Shown here: positions 30,135-39,761 of the stretch, one piece after another
Layout: the number at the start of each line of letters is the position of its first letter
Position numbering within the stretch: the first letter of the stretch is position 1
DNA from: an archaeon
GTDB taxonomy: Archaea; Nanobdellota; Nanobdellia; Woesearchaeales; JAADFO01
NCBI GenBank assembly: GCA_043817075.1
Contig: JBDRHG010000014.1
Coordinates: forward strand, 21,989 to 85,988
Reading direction: 5' to 3'
Length of the DNA stretch: 64,000 nt
Notes under the pieces: model-generated
Told to the model about the DNA's origin: nothing
The model's database searches: none
The model's input: the letters and a program-made list of their open reading frames with translations, nothing else
Made by a program: the position numbers and the translations under genes

Positions 30135-31067
30135 ATGAAAACCATGATCTACAACCTGCGTCCCTACAGCTGGGGTGACGTCGCCATGATAGGGATCGCA
30201 GCATCGGCCGTTGCGAACGGTACGTTGCGGTTTGGGATTCGGGAAGGCGAAGCCATCGCCTGCCTGCTGGCGCTCTGGTGCTTCTACCAACTGGCGCTCG
30301 AGCAGGGGCACGGCTACCAGGTGCGGGGACCTGTCCCGCAATACGCTGCAGCGGGCTTTCTTCTCCTGTCAATCGGCACATGTCTGATTACAGCGATCAA
30401 GGCGCTCATCCCTCTCACCGTGACGGTCCTGCTCACCCTACTCTACCTGGAAAAGAACCGAAGTGCGTTCGGAGCCTTGGTCTCTCCCGTGGTGCGCGGA
30501 ACGATTCAGGCGGGGTTCGTGGTGACCGCATCCGCGTTAGTGGGATTACCCAACGCGGGGAGAGTGCTGGTACTGGCCAGCGCTGCGTGCGCCATGCTCA
30601 TAGCCCGCGCGCTCACCGGAGATATTCGGGACATGAGGCACAACAGGCAAGCCGGAAAGATCACGGTCCCGGTTCGCTTTGGATATCGGACGAGCGCGTT
30701 GCTCGCCGAGGCATCGCTGCTCTCCGCCTCCTCGCTCATTATTGGAATAGCGGGTTTCGTTCCAGCGATACCGCTCCTGCTCATCGCTGCCATGTTGCCT
30801 CTGCTGCCGAACGGTTACGTCGCGCATCAGCTCATGGTATTGACGACCATGTTCACGCTCGCGGCGGTCGCATGCTCATTCGATGGATGTGAGGGGTGGG
30901 TTGTCATGCTCTACGCAGGAGTGTTCCTCAACCAAGTATTCTATCCGGTCCTAGCCAGGAAGTCCAATCCCTGTTTCGTCCAACCCAATGAACTGTCTTT
31001 CATTATGTGGAGACATGATGCGTCCGCAAGGGCCAGGCGACACTATCAACGACGACTGGATCCCTGA
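30135..31067 (+). CDS. UbiA-superfamily prenyltransferase-like membrane protein (divergent)
   Basis: About 8 TM spans. LRPYSW near the N-terminus, and GDIRDMRHNRQAGKITVPVRFG fits the second Asp-rich UbiA motif (D-x2-D-x3-[DN]...G-x-x-[ST]). The first Asp-rich motif is not recognisable. Confidence 0.5.
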   Translation: MKTMIYNLRPYSWGDVAMIGIAASAVANGTLRFGIREGEAIACLLALWCFYQLALEQGHGYQVRGPVPQYAAAGFLLLSIGTCLITAIKALIPLTVTVLLTLLYLEKNRSAFGALVSPVVRGTIQAGFVVTASALVGLPNAGRVLVLASAACAMLIARALTGDIRDMRHNRQAGKITVPVRFGYRTSALLAEASLLSASSLIIGIAGFVPAIPLLLIAAMLPLLPNGYVAHQLMVLTTMFTLAAVACSFDGCEGWVVMLYAGVFLNQVFYPVLARKSNPCFVQPNELSFIMWRHDASARARRHYQRRLDP

Positions 31068-31113
31068 CAGATGACTGGCTCCGCGAAAGCCATCAAGCGA
31101 CACATTAATAAGG

Positions 31114-31629
31114 ATGTCTTCGCAGTTCATTACCATGACCCGTATCCGTAAGGCGACGGCGCAGGACATCCCTGTGCTCCTGACCCTGTGGGAAGAATTC
31201 ATGGACGACCATGATGGCATCGTGATTAAGTCTGATCCGATGACAAAAGCACAGGTCGCAAGAAAGCCTGACGCCACAAGCGCCATGAGACGCTTCTTCT
31301 CATCGATCATCAGGTCACCGAACGGTCTCGCCCTCGTGGTAGAGGATGACGACGGCATAGGCGGGTATCTCTTGGCCGATATCCGACCCAACATCCCGGT
31401 GTTCGCCATCAAGCGGATCTGTTACATCAGCGATCTCTATATCAGAAAACCCCTGCGCCGACAGAGATGGGCCACCAAGATGAAAGAGATGGCACTCTCT
31501 TGGATGAAGAAGAAGGGAGTCAAGTATGTCGCGATCGGCCTGCACTCCCAGAACAAGAAAGCGTATGCAATCTACAAGGCCTGGGGATTCTCCGACCACC
31601 ATATCGAGATGAGAAAGCAGCTCAAGTAG
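31114..31629 (+). CDS. GNAT family N-acetyltransferase
   Basis: IRKATAQDIPVL, and LYIRKPLRRQRWATKM (motif A-like R-x-x-G/W-x-A/T) followed by the AYAIYKAWGF tail. Confidence 0.65.
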   Translation: MSSQFITMTRIRKATAQDIPVLLTLWEEFMDDHDGIVIKSDPMTKAQVARKPDATSAMRRFFSSIIRSPNGLALVVEDDDGIGGYLLADIRPNIPVFAIKRICYISDLYIRKPLRRQRWATKMKEMALSWMKKKGVKYVAIGLHSQNKKAYAIYKAWGFSDHHIEMRKQLK

Positions 31630-31668
31630 ACCAGCATCAATACAACATATAGCTCGCTTCTTCGCGCG

Positions 31669-33777
31669 TCAATCCTTTGGCTCTCGCTCCACCGACGATA
31701 TCAGAAGCTCTGCAGCCTCACCATCCTTCTTGACAGAAGACGATACGATACGCAACGCATACCCGAAGAGCGGGGCATCGAGCACAAAAGTCTCGAACTC
31801 ACCACCTTCGCCTGCGACATTGATGCCGAGCTTATCGCGGAGACCCACCAGACGGCCGAGATGATCATTTGTCAACGGAACGCCGAGCCAGGACGCATCA
31901 AGCCCTTCGGCCGCGACCTTAGTCATGACGAAACGGTATCCTTCCCGTAAGAGCGCCCGCATCTCCTGCTCCTGGTCCATATGCCAGAGCGGCGAGAACA
32001 CCTTGAGGTTGAGCTCATCACAGATGCGTTCTATGCGGGTGCGTTGATAGTTGGAGAACAGAGCACCGGTCACCACACCCTGGATGCCATGGCGTCGTTT
32101 CGCCTCGAGCAAAGCGGCCCGAAGATCAGAGAGCTCCTGTTCTTTCTCACCTTTTGTCGCATGCGTCATCAACGGGATGCCCATAGCGTCGGCCTGCATC
32201 CCTGCGAGATCGACGGCGGGCGTGTGGAACATGAAAGAATCCTTGTTCTCACTCTTGACGGTGATGAGGCAACGTACGTCGTAGTTGAGACGTTTCTGAA
32301 TATGAAGGGCATAGACTGAATCTTTACCCGAAGAGAAGAGCACGCCCAGAGGGAGCTGAGGAATATCTGCGAGGGATGCGAGGTACGAAGATTTCGACTT
32401 GAAGCCTGCCTTCTTCGAACGGGTCTCGATGAGTTTGCTCATGCCGCTGCTGTATTGCGCTGCTGAACGCTTGGCAGCACTGAGGCCTTCGGGAAGGTCG
32501 AGGGCGACCGCCGCGTCCCGGAGCAGCTGTTTTGGGGCGACCCCCAACTTCTCTTTCGAGGGGATGGAGAACATATGAGAGACCAACGCATGGTCAAGAT
32601 AAGGTAGACGCAATTCTATATGGTGGGACATGGAGATGACATCATCCCGGTAGAGATCGCGTTCATAGATCCGTCGAAGATTGGATAGCGAATCTTCATT
32701 GACCGCAGGGTATACCCGCATCCGGCCATAGCCTGCGAAAAGGTCGTCTGCACCGAGACCTGAGTACATGACCTTTACATTGTCGCGTTTCGCGGCCTGG
32801 AGCGCAAAATGCAGCGTCGAGGCCACTTCGACCTTGACTGGGTCCTGGCTGCTGATGAGCCGCATGATCCCTGGAATCGCGCGGGCGAGCTGGGCCTCGC
32901 TCACCATGATGACCTTTAGAGGGATGCCGATCTTGGCTGCCGCCTCTTTGGCCTGCCTGACGACAGCCTCTTTTCCTTTGGTGGCCGTCAGATAGCCGGT
33001 GATGTCAGCCCCATGAGCGGTCAGCAGATGCGCAATGAGGCTTGAGTCCAGGCCACCCGAGAAAAGGACGCCCATCTTGCGACCGCTGATCCGCTTCTTT
33101 ACCGCGTCATCGAGGAGACCGGCGATGCGAAGGATATCTGTTGAGTGGTGGGACCCTATAGGAAGAGAAAAGAAAGGCAGCGAGTAGAAAGCGGTCTTGC
33201 CGGTCTGCTGGGAGAAGACCAACGCTTTTCGGGGATTGAGCTCTTCAGGCAGTTCGCCATGACCGATGAGAGGGGTACGCTCAGAGGAGAACCTAAGACC
33301 TTCTTTTCCAGCGCTGAACCACAGGGGCTTTACCCCGAGCCGGTCCCGAGCGAGGAGGACATATTGAAACTTCCGATGATAGACGAAGAAAGAGAACACA
33401 CCATCGAGCTTGGAAAGGAGCGTATCGATCACAGATGCCCGCACCTGTTCAGCCTTCACCGAGCTGAAGGCTTCGACACAGAGGCCTGCGAGGAGCTCTG
33501 CGTCGTTCTCTGCTTGGATGCCATGCCGCTTCGCCAGTCTTTCCCAATTATATATCTCGCAATTGGCACCGACCACGATATCATCACGGACGATGGGTTG
33601 CTGGACGTGGGAGACGATGGCATGCAAACAATGACCGAGATACGCGTCCCCGCCGACGAATGTGCCGCTGCCGTCGAGACCACGATGCTTCAGCGCCGCG
33701 AGGCCACGTTCTAGATCAGTCCGACCATCGGACCGTTCTACATTTCCACCATCCACAATGCCGAAGATGCCGCACAT
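31669..33777 (-). CDS. asparagine synthase (glutamine-hydrolysing) fused to a C-terminal Dph6-type (MJ0570/ATP_bind_4) PP-loop domain
   Basis: Start MCGIFGI provides the Ntn Cys2. First PP-loop is VLFSGGLDSS in the AsnB synthetase domain. The second module GVLFSSGKDSVYAL ... GALFSNYQRTRIERIC ... FSPLWH ... GEGGEFETFVLDAPLF is the diphthine-ammonia ligase type domain. Confidence 0.8.
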   Translation of the reverse strand: MCGIFGIVDGGNVERSDGRTDLERGLAALKHRGLDGSGTFVGGDAYLGHCLHAIVSHVQQPIVRDDIVVGANCEIYNWERLAKRHGIQAENDAELLAGLCVEAFSSVKAEQVRASVIDTLLSKLDGVFSFFVYHRKFQYVLLARDRLGVKPLWFSAGKEGLRFSSERTPLIGHGELPEELNPRKALVFSQQTGKTAFYSLPFFSLPIGSHHSTDILRIAGLLDDAVKKRISGRKMGVLFSGGLDSSLIAHLLTAHGADITGYLTATKGKEAVVRQAKEAAAKIGIPLKVIMVSEAQLARAIPGIMRLISSQDPVKVEVASTLHFALQAAKRDNVKVMYSGLGADDLFAGYGRMRVYPAVNEDSLSNLRRIYERDLYRDDVISMSHHIELRLPYLDHALVSHMFSIPSKEKLGVAPKQLLRDAAVALDLPEGLSAAKRSAAQYSSGMSKLIETRSKKAGFKSKSSYLASLADIPQLPLGVLFSSGKDSVYALHIQKRLNYDVRCLITVKSENKDSFMFHTPAVDLAGMQADAMGIPLMTHATKGEKEQELSDLRAALLEAKRRHGIQGVVTGALFSNYQRTRIERICDELNLKVFSPLWHMDQEQEMRALLREGYRFVMTKVAAEGLDASWLGVPLTNDHLGRLVGLRDKLGINVAGEGGEFETFVLDAPLFGYALRIVSSSVKKDGEAAELLISSVEREPKD

Positions 33778-33903
33778 CCCTTGTGCAGAGGTCCTGGAGT
33801 ATATAAAGGTTGCAGCACGGAGACCCAGGAGAATGATATCAGACCGGATGTCGGGGCAGGACCCAGGCAACATTTAAATAGGCCTCGTCCTCACCGACCA
33901 TTG

Positions 33904-36621
33904 ATGAAAAAAGAGGTTTATCGTCAACCCCTTGAGGTGGTGCTGTCCCAAGTAGGTGTGTCTCCAGAGACCGGGCTCTCCAAGGACGAGGCCAAACGAC
34001 GTCTCATCTCCCACGGACCGAACATCTCGGTCCAAGAACAGCCTGTCTCCGCATGGAAGATCCTTCTCCGTCAGTTCAAGAGCTTCATCATCTATGTGCT
34101 TCTCTTCGCGGCCATCGCGTCGTACGCAATCCGCAGCCATGAGGAATTCTATGTCATCGCCGGCATCATCGTCTTCATCATCATGCTCAGCTTCTTTGAG
34201 GAATACAAGGCGACAAAAGAGATGGAAGCGCTGAGGAAACTCACACCACGCACCGCGCGAGTCATCCGAGACGGTGCCGAAGAAGAGATCCAGATCCAGG
34301 AACTCGTTCCTGGCGACGTCCTGATTCTTCGCCGAGGGGATGTGGCATCGGCCGATTGCAGGGTGATCAGCTCCAACAATCTCGGCGTGGACGAGTCCAT
34401 ACTCACCGGAGAGTCCATGCCTGTCGTAAAAGAAGCCAAGGACATATCCCTCAAAAAACCTATCTCCGAACAGAAAAACATGGTGTTCTCAAGCACACAT
34501 ATCACGAACGGGAACGCCGCATGCCTGGTCGTCGTGACCGGTAAGGAGACCGAGATCGGCGGTATATCGAGCCTGGTCAGCGGAGTCCACAGCGAGACAA
34601 CACCTTTACAGAAGCGACTCGACCGGCTCAGTAAACAGTTCTCTGTCGGCGTGCTCCTCATCTGCACATTACTCTTCCTGTTCGGCATCATACGCGGGCA
34701 GAGCTGGGAATCCGTGCTGCTCCTGGCCGTCGCGGTCGCCGTCTCCGGCATTCCAGAGAGCCTGCCAGCAGTCATCGGCGTTGCGCTGGCCATCGGCATG
34801 AAACGCATGGCAAAACAGGGAGCCATCATCAAAAGGCTGCCAGCGGTCGAGACGCTGGGAACCTGCACAGTCATCTGCACGGACAAGACCGGGACACTGA
34901 CGCAGAACCGGATGGTCATCGAACGGATTTTCACCATAGATGATGAGATCAACGTGACAGGCTCCGGCTTGACGCCGAAAGGGCTCTTCATGCGCGAGAA
35001 GGAGATGGTCGATCCCAAGAAGCACCAATCGCTATCGAAGATCCTTGAGATCGGCACGCTGTGCAACAATGCATCGATCATCAAGAGGTCGAAAGAGTGG
35101 CATGTGGACGGCGAGTCCACTGAAGGGGCGCTCATCGTCATGGCAAAGAAGGCCGGCATCGAACGCAACACCATGCACGAAAAATTCCCTCGGCTGCATG
35201 AACACCCGTTCGATCCTGACCGCAAATGCATGAGCTCGGTACATAAGGTCAAGAACAAGGCCATCGTCTACGCCAAGGGCGCACCAGAGATGTTGCTGAA
35301 GAAATCCACACATTACCTCGACGGCGGGACCGTACGGAAACTGACACCCCTCATCGTAAATAAGATCATCAACAAGACAGATGAATTCGCGTCATCCGGC
35401 CGTCGCGTGCTTGGGCTCGCCTACAAAGAGCATAAAGGGAAGACGTATGAGCTGCGTCATGTGGAATCATCCTTGGTGTTCGCGGGATTGGTGTCGATGA
35501 GGGACCCGCCATCGGTGTCGGCGTTCTCCGCGGTACGCATGTGCAAAGAGGCAGGCATCAAACCGATCATGATCACTGGCGATAATGTCGCGACAGCCAA
35601 GGCCATCGCTGAAGAGCTCGGGATATGGGAAGAGGGCAATGCGGTGCTCACAGGAAACCAGCTAGACCGCCTGTCGGACCAACGGTTCACGCATATCATC
35701 GAGCACGTGACGGTGTACGCGCGCACGACGCCCAAGCATAAGCTTCGCATCGTCCAGGCATTGCAGACTGTGGGCCACATCGTGGCGATGACCGGAGACG
35801 GCGTCAATGACGCTCCCGCGCTCAAGAAGGCTGACATCGGTGTCGCCATGGGAAAGGACAGCACTGAGGTAGCAAAGGAAGCGGCGGAGATGGTGATCAT
35901 GGACAATAATTTCGCCACCATCGTGGCCGCGGTGCGCGAAGGCCGCACCATATTCGAGAACATCAGGAAATTCCTCTACTACCTCCTAGCAGGCAACTTC
36001 TCCGAGGTCATCCTCATCTTCATCGCCGCATTGCTCGGCATCGTGCCTCCGCTGACGCCCCTCATGATCCTCTTCATCAATCTCGTCACCAGCGACATCC
36101 CTGCAATAGGGTTATGCATGGAGAAACCAAAAGAGCACATCATGCAGGAGAAACCGAGGAATCCACGCGAAGGCATCATGACAGAATATCTCTTCCTCAA
36201 GATCGCTGGAGTGGTCCCGATCATGGTGCTCGGCGCCATCAGCCTGTATCTATGGGAATTGGTCATCGTCGGCGGAGATCTCGCACGTGCGCAGACATTG
36301 GCCTTCGTCGCCATCATCGTGTTCGAGCTCTTCCACGTGTTCAATGCAAAAAGTTTCACGAAATCCGCCTTCTCGAAGGACCTAGGGGCCAACCCATATA
36401 TCTTCGTCGGCGTCGGCATCTCGATAGCGGCCACATTGCTGACCGTGTATTGGAGGCCTCTCGGTGCGTTGTTCGGCACCGTGCCGCTCTCGCTCGTGGA
36501 ATGGCTTTTTGTCCTCTTCATCGGAAGCATCGTGCTCCTGATCGTCGAGGTAGAGAAGACCATGGTCGCCACTGAGATCAAGGAGAGGGATAAGATGGAG
36601 ATCTATCCGACAAGAGGCTGA
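33904..36621 (+). CDS. P-type cation-transporting ATPase (type II, Ca2+/cation family)
   Basis: TGES, phosphorylation site ICTDKTGTLTQN, MITGDN and TGDGVNDAPALKKADIG, with 10 TM-like spans. Start set at MKKEVYRQPLE with a TTTAAATA box about 25 nt upstream. Confidence 0.9.
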   Translation: MKKEVYRQPLEVVLSQVGVSPETGLSKDEAKRRLISHGPNISVQEQPVSAWKILLRQFKSFIIYVLLFAAIASYAIRSHEEFYVIAGIIVFIIMLSFFEEYKATKEMEALRKLTPRTARVIRDGAEEEIQIQELVPGDVLILRRGDVASADCRVISSNNLGVDESILTGESMPVVKEAKDISLKKPISEQKNMVFSSTHITNGNAACLVVVTGKETEIGGISSLVSGVHSETTPLQKRLDRLSKQFSVGVLLICTLLFLFGIIRGQSWESVLLLAVAVAVSGIPESLPAVIGVALAIGMKRMAKQGAIIKRLPAVETLGTCTVICTDKTGTLTQNRMVIERIFTIDDEINVTGSGLTPKGLFMREKEMVDPKKHQSLSKILEIGTLCNNASIIKRSKEWHVDGESTEGALIVMAKKAGIERNTMHEKFPRLHEHPFDPDRKCMSSVHKVKNKAIVYAKGAPEMLLKKSTHYLDGGTVRKLTPLIVNKIINKTDEFASSGRRVLGLAYKEHKGKTYELRHVESSLVFAGLVSMRDPPSVSAFSAVRMCKEAGIKPIMITGDNVATAKAIAEELGIWEEGNAVLTGNQLDRLSDQRFTHIIEHVTVYARTTPKHKLRIVQALQTVGHIVAMTGDGVNDAPALKKADIGVAMGKDSTEVAKEAAEMVIMDNNFATIVAAVREGRTIFENIRKFLYYLLAGNFSEVILIFIAALLGIVPPLTPLMILFINLVTSDIPAIGLCMEKPKEHIMQEKPRNPREGIMTEYLFLKIAGVVPIMVLGAISLYLWELVIVGGDLARAQTLAFVAIIVFELFHVFNAKSFTKSAFSKDLGANPYIFVGVGISIAATLLTVYWRPLGALFGTVPLSLVEWLFVLFIGSIVLLIVEVEKTMVATEIKERDKMEIYPTRG

Positions 36622-36719
36622 CGAACAGGCCATCACTGTGGGCCGATAAATATAAAAGGACCTAATAGGCGGCGAGAAGGAGAGAAGAAAAAAAGAGAAA
36701 GAAAAAAAAGAGGCATACT

Positions 36720-38441
36720 ATGGAGAACATATTCTTCGACATCGGTATCATCATCATCATAGCGACCATTGTAGGTTTCATCGCCCGATTGCTCAAGCAG
36801 CCGCTCATCCCTTCATACATCATCGCCGGTGTCATCATCGGACCTCTCGTGCTCAAGCTCATCGATGACGCTGCGACAATCACCATCCTCTCAGAGATCG
36901 GCATCGCCTTCCTCCTGTTCGTCGTCGGCATCGAGTTCAATTTCAAGAAACTCCGCGACACCGGCATGTACTCTTCAGTGGGAAGTCTCATACGTATGGC
37001 CTTTCTCTTCGGCCTGGGCTATTTCGTCGCGATATCGCTCGGTGTGTTCTCCTCGATAGAAGCTGTCTATCTCGGCCTCATGATCGTGTTCTCGTCCACC
37101 ATGGTCGTGGTCAAGCTACTCGCCGACAAGGATGAGCTTGATACCCTGCACGGACGCATCATCATCGGCGTGTTGCTCATGGAGGACCTCGTAGCCATCC
37201 TGGCAATGAGCGCATTGACCACCTTGGACAACTTCTCGGCCCTGTTCTTCATCGGCGCGTTGTTCAAAGGTCTGCTTCTCTTCGGCGCGACCATCGCATT
37301 GGGTCGCTGGGTTTTCCCCACCATCTTCAAGCTGGCGGCAAAGAGCACCGAGATACTCTTCTTATGCTCCCTCACCGTCTGTTTCCTGTTCACATTCGCC
37401 GCCTCATCGATGGGCTTCTCGATAACTGTGGGAGCATTCCTCGCCGGCCTATCGCTTGCCAACCTGCCGTACAACCTTGAGATCGTGTCCAGGGTCAAGC
37501 CACTACGCGACTTCTTCTCGACCATCTTCTTCGTTACACTAGGCATGGAGATCGTGGGTCTGTCGCTTGACCGAATCGCGATCCCCCTCCTCGTGTTCAC
37601 CCTCTTCGTAGTGGCGCTCAAGCCGCTGGCCGTGATGCTGCTCGCACGAATGTTCGGTTATGGCAGAAGGACCGCGTTCTTGACCGGCATCACATTGGCG
37701 CAGACCAGCGAGTTCGCGCTCATCATCGCCGCGCAAGGGCATATGCTCGGACATATCAGCAAAGACATTTTCGTGATGGCCGTCCTGCTCTCCACCGCGA
37801 CGCTCACCGTGACATCATATCTGATCAAATACGACAACAACCTCTACTTCCTCCTCGCAAAAAGGCTCCGCATACTCGACAAGATAGGGAGCGACAAGCA
37901 CACATTGGAATACATGCCCGAGAAGCAGGACTATGACGTCATCCTGGTCGGATATGACCGTATAGCGTATTCGATCTCTCTCAAGCTCCAGAAGATGAAC
38001 AAGAAATACCTCGTCATCGATTTCAATCCTGACCTTATCAGGCGCCTCATCCATGAGAAGATCCCGTGCATCTATGGCGATGTGGGAGACATCGAGATCC
38101 TCAACAGGCTCAATTTCAAGAAGGCCGAGATCGTCATAAGCACCGCGCCCGAGGTCCAGGACAACAAGCTGCTCATCAACAAGGTCAAACATACCAATCC
38201 CAACATCGCTGTGTTCGTCACCGCAAATCGCATCGACGAGGCATTGGAGATGTACGATTTCGGCGCTGATTACGTCATCCTCCCCCATTTCCTCGGAGGC
38301 GATCATGTCTCCATATTGCTTGAGGACGTGACTTCAGACATCAACAAGCTTCTCCAGAACAAAATCAGCCATATCGAAGAGCTACGCGAGAGGAAGAAAC
38401 GCGGACATGAGCACCCTCACAAGCTGACCCATCACACCTGA
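36720..38441 (+). CDS. CPA2 (Kef-type) monovalent cation:proton antiporter with C-terminal RCK/TrkA-N domain
   Basis: About 12 TM Na_H exchanger-like core followed by a Rossmann-like VILVGYDRIAYSI domain. Confidence 0.8.
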   Translation: MENIFFDIGIIIIIATIVGFIARLLKQPLIPSYIIAGVIIGPLVLKLIDDAATITILSEIGIAFLLFVVGIEFNFKKLRDTGMYSSVGSLIRMAFLFGLGYFVAISLGVFSSIEAVYLGLMIVFSSTMVVVKLLADKDELDTLHGRIIIGVLLMEDLVAILAMSALTTLDNFSALFFIGALFKGLLLFGATIALGRWVFPTIFKLAAKSTEILFLCSLTVCFLFTFAASSMGFSITVGAFLAGLSLANLPYNLEIVSRVKPLRDFFSTIFFVTLGMEIVGLSLDRIAIPLLVFTLFVVALKPLAVMLLARMFGYGRRTAFLTGITLAQTSEFALIIAAQGHMLGHISKDIFVMAVLLSTATLTVTSYLIKYDNNLYFLLAKRLRILDKIGSDKHTLEYMPEKQDYDVILVGYDRIAYSISLKLQKMNKKYLVIDFNPDLIRRLIHEKIPCIYGDVGDIEILNRLNFKKAEIVISTAPEVQDNKLLINKVKHTNPNIAVFVTANRIDEALEMYDFGADYVILPHFLGGDHVSILLEDVTSDINKLLQNKISHIEELRERKKRGHEHPHKLTHHT

Positions 38442-38474
38442 GGATTCAAACCGCTTCCGATATTCTGACCAGGA

Positions 38475-39173
38475 CTATAGTCCCAGGTTTCTTGCCACCA
38501 TGATGATATCACGGACAGATATCTGACCATCGACGTCAACGTCTACGTCGGCCTCGAAGTCCTGACGTCCGAAATTACGGGCCACCAGGATGATGTCTTT
38601 GATCGTCACCCTGCCATCCCTATCAACGTCAAGACCGTCAGGTTCGTCATCGCCGCCGTCACTGCCGGCGTCGAAATCCCCGATGGCGATCGCCCAATCA
38701 TAGGTGTGCGGCGCCTTGAATTCGATGATGCCCGAAGGATCGTCGCCTCCGCAGTTCGTCCGCGTACCGTCGCAGTCCCAATCGTACCAGGCATTGTTGA
38801 AACCACCGATATGGACGCCGTTGAAACCCTTGCCGACATTGTTATCGATCCAGGTGTTGAACTCGTCCTGGCTGACAGGATCCTGACCCAGGGAGATGCC
38901 CGGCATCATCACCCACGCCGGGATGATGGGCCTTTCCCAGCCTCGGACCCAAAAATGCTTGCCTTTAGCAGTGAGAAGACCCATGGCGTCAGGATTAGGG
39001 CTGCAGATGACTGTTCCTGTGAGACCGTCGAGGTCGTTGTCGGCCGAGGTCGTCGTGAAGGTGTGAATGCCTTCTTCGGTGCACATGTAGCGGAGCTTCC
39101 ATGTCGTGCCTCCGTCGTAGAACAGATAAGGTGCGCGGTCGTCCGAGAAGGCCGCTCTCGCATCCAGCCCCAT
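38475..39173 (-). CDS. dockerin-containing protein lacking its signal peptide (5'-truncated relative to the fragment at 39212-39385)
   Basis: Two dockerin type-I repeats at the C-terminus (DVDRDGRVTIKDIILVARNFG and DVDVDGQISVRDIIMVARNLG). The N-terminus starts abruptly in an Ig-like region (YLFYDGGTTWKLRYMCTEEGIHTF) with no secretion signal. Confidence 0.6.
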   Translation of the reverse strand: MGLDARAAFSDDRAPYLFYDGGTTWKLRYMCTEEGIHTFTTTSADNDLDGLTGTVICSPNPDAMGLLTAKGKHFWVRGWERPIIPAWVMMPGISLGQDPVSQDEFNTWIDNNVGKGFNGVHIGGFNNAWYDWDCDGTRTNCGGDDPSGIIEFKAPHTYDWAIAIGDFDAGSDGGDDEPDGLDVDRDGRVTIKDIILVARNFGRQDFEADVDVDVDGQISVRDIIMVARNLGL

Positions 39174-39211
39174 CAGAAGTTATTTATATAGTGGATTCGT
39201 CTCAATACCCC

Positions 39212-39385
39212 ATGAGAAAAAGAGGTCCGCTCTGTGCAGTCATACTGGTTTTCGTGGCTCTTTTCGCTTCTACTGTCATGGCAGGGCCCAATGACAAGTC
39301 CACCACTATATGGTATCCATATGCCGAATGGTCGTTCTCCAATCCCTCCTGGGATGGAAATCTGTTCGATCTGACTATCCGCTGA
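39212..39385 (+). pseudogene. orphan signal-peptide fragment (57 aa), head-to-head with the dockerin gene
   Basis: MRKRGPLCAVILVFVALFASTVMAG is a signal peptide. It is followed by PNDKSTTIWYPYAEWSFSNPSWDGNLFDLTIR and a stop. A TTATTTATATAG box lies about 25 nt upstream. Confidence 0.4.
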
Positions 39386-39433
39386 GCATTGTAGCACGAA
39401 AGCCTTTTATAAAGAGTCCCGTCATCTACGGCG

Positions 39434-39727
39434 ATGATTGACCTAAATGAGCTGCGCAAGCGCGCCAGGGGACTGTCTCCGCTCGTCCAGATCGGTAAAC
39501 GCGGGATGACCGATTCCATGGCAAAAGAGATCAGACGCCAGCTCCAGTCGAAGAAGATCATCAAGGTCCGTATCCTCAAGAGTGCGGTGTCGGAACAGCC
39601 GAAATCCGTGCTGATCCAGGATATCGTCGTCCGATGCGAGGCCGTCCTCGTCGACCAGATCGGCCTCACACTCATTCTGCTGAAAAACAGCAAAGAAGTC
39701 AAGCCAAAGAGCAAGGATAAACAGTAA
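39434..39727 (+). CDS. YhbY/CRM-domain RNA-binding protein
   Basis: LVQIGKRGMTDSMAKEIRRQLQSKKIIKVRIL fits the CRS1_YhbY pattern (iGk.G.t..v..ei...L..hel.Kv.). Confidence 0.7.
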   Translation: MIDLNELRKRARGLSPLVQIGKRGMTDSMAKEIRRQLQSKKIIKVRILKSAVSEQPKSVLIQDIVVRCEAVLVDQIGLTLILLKNSKEVKPKSKDKQ

Positions 39728-39761
39728 GGTTTAAATATCGTCGTGGCAAGATTATCTCGGG

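Noticed and set aside
39202-39714. A 170-aa minus-strand ORF spanning the yhbY region.
   Set aside because: It is antisense to the well-supported YhbY/CRM-domain gene and to the signal-peptide fragment. Its translation has no domain features.
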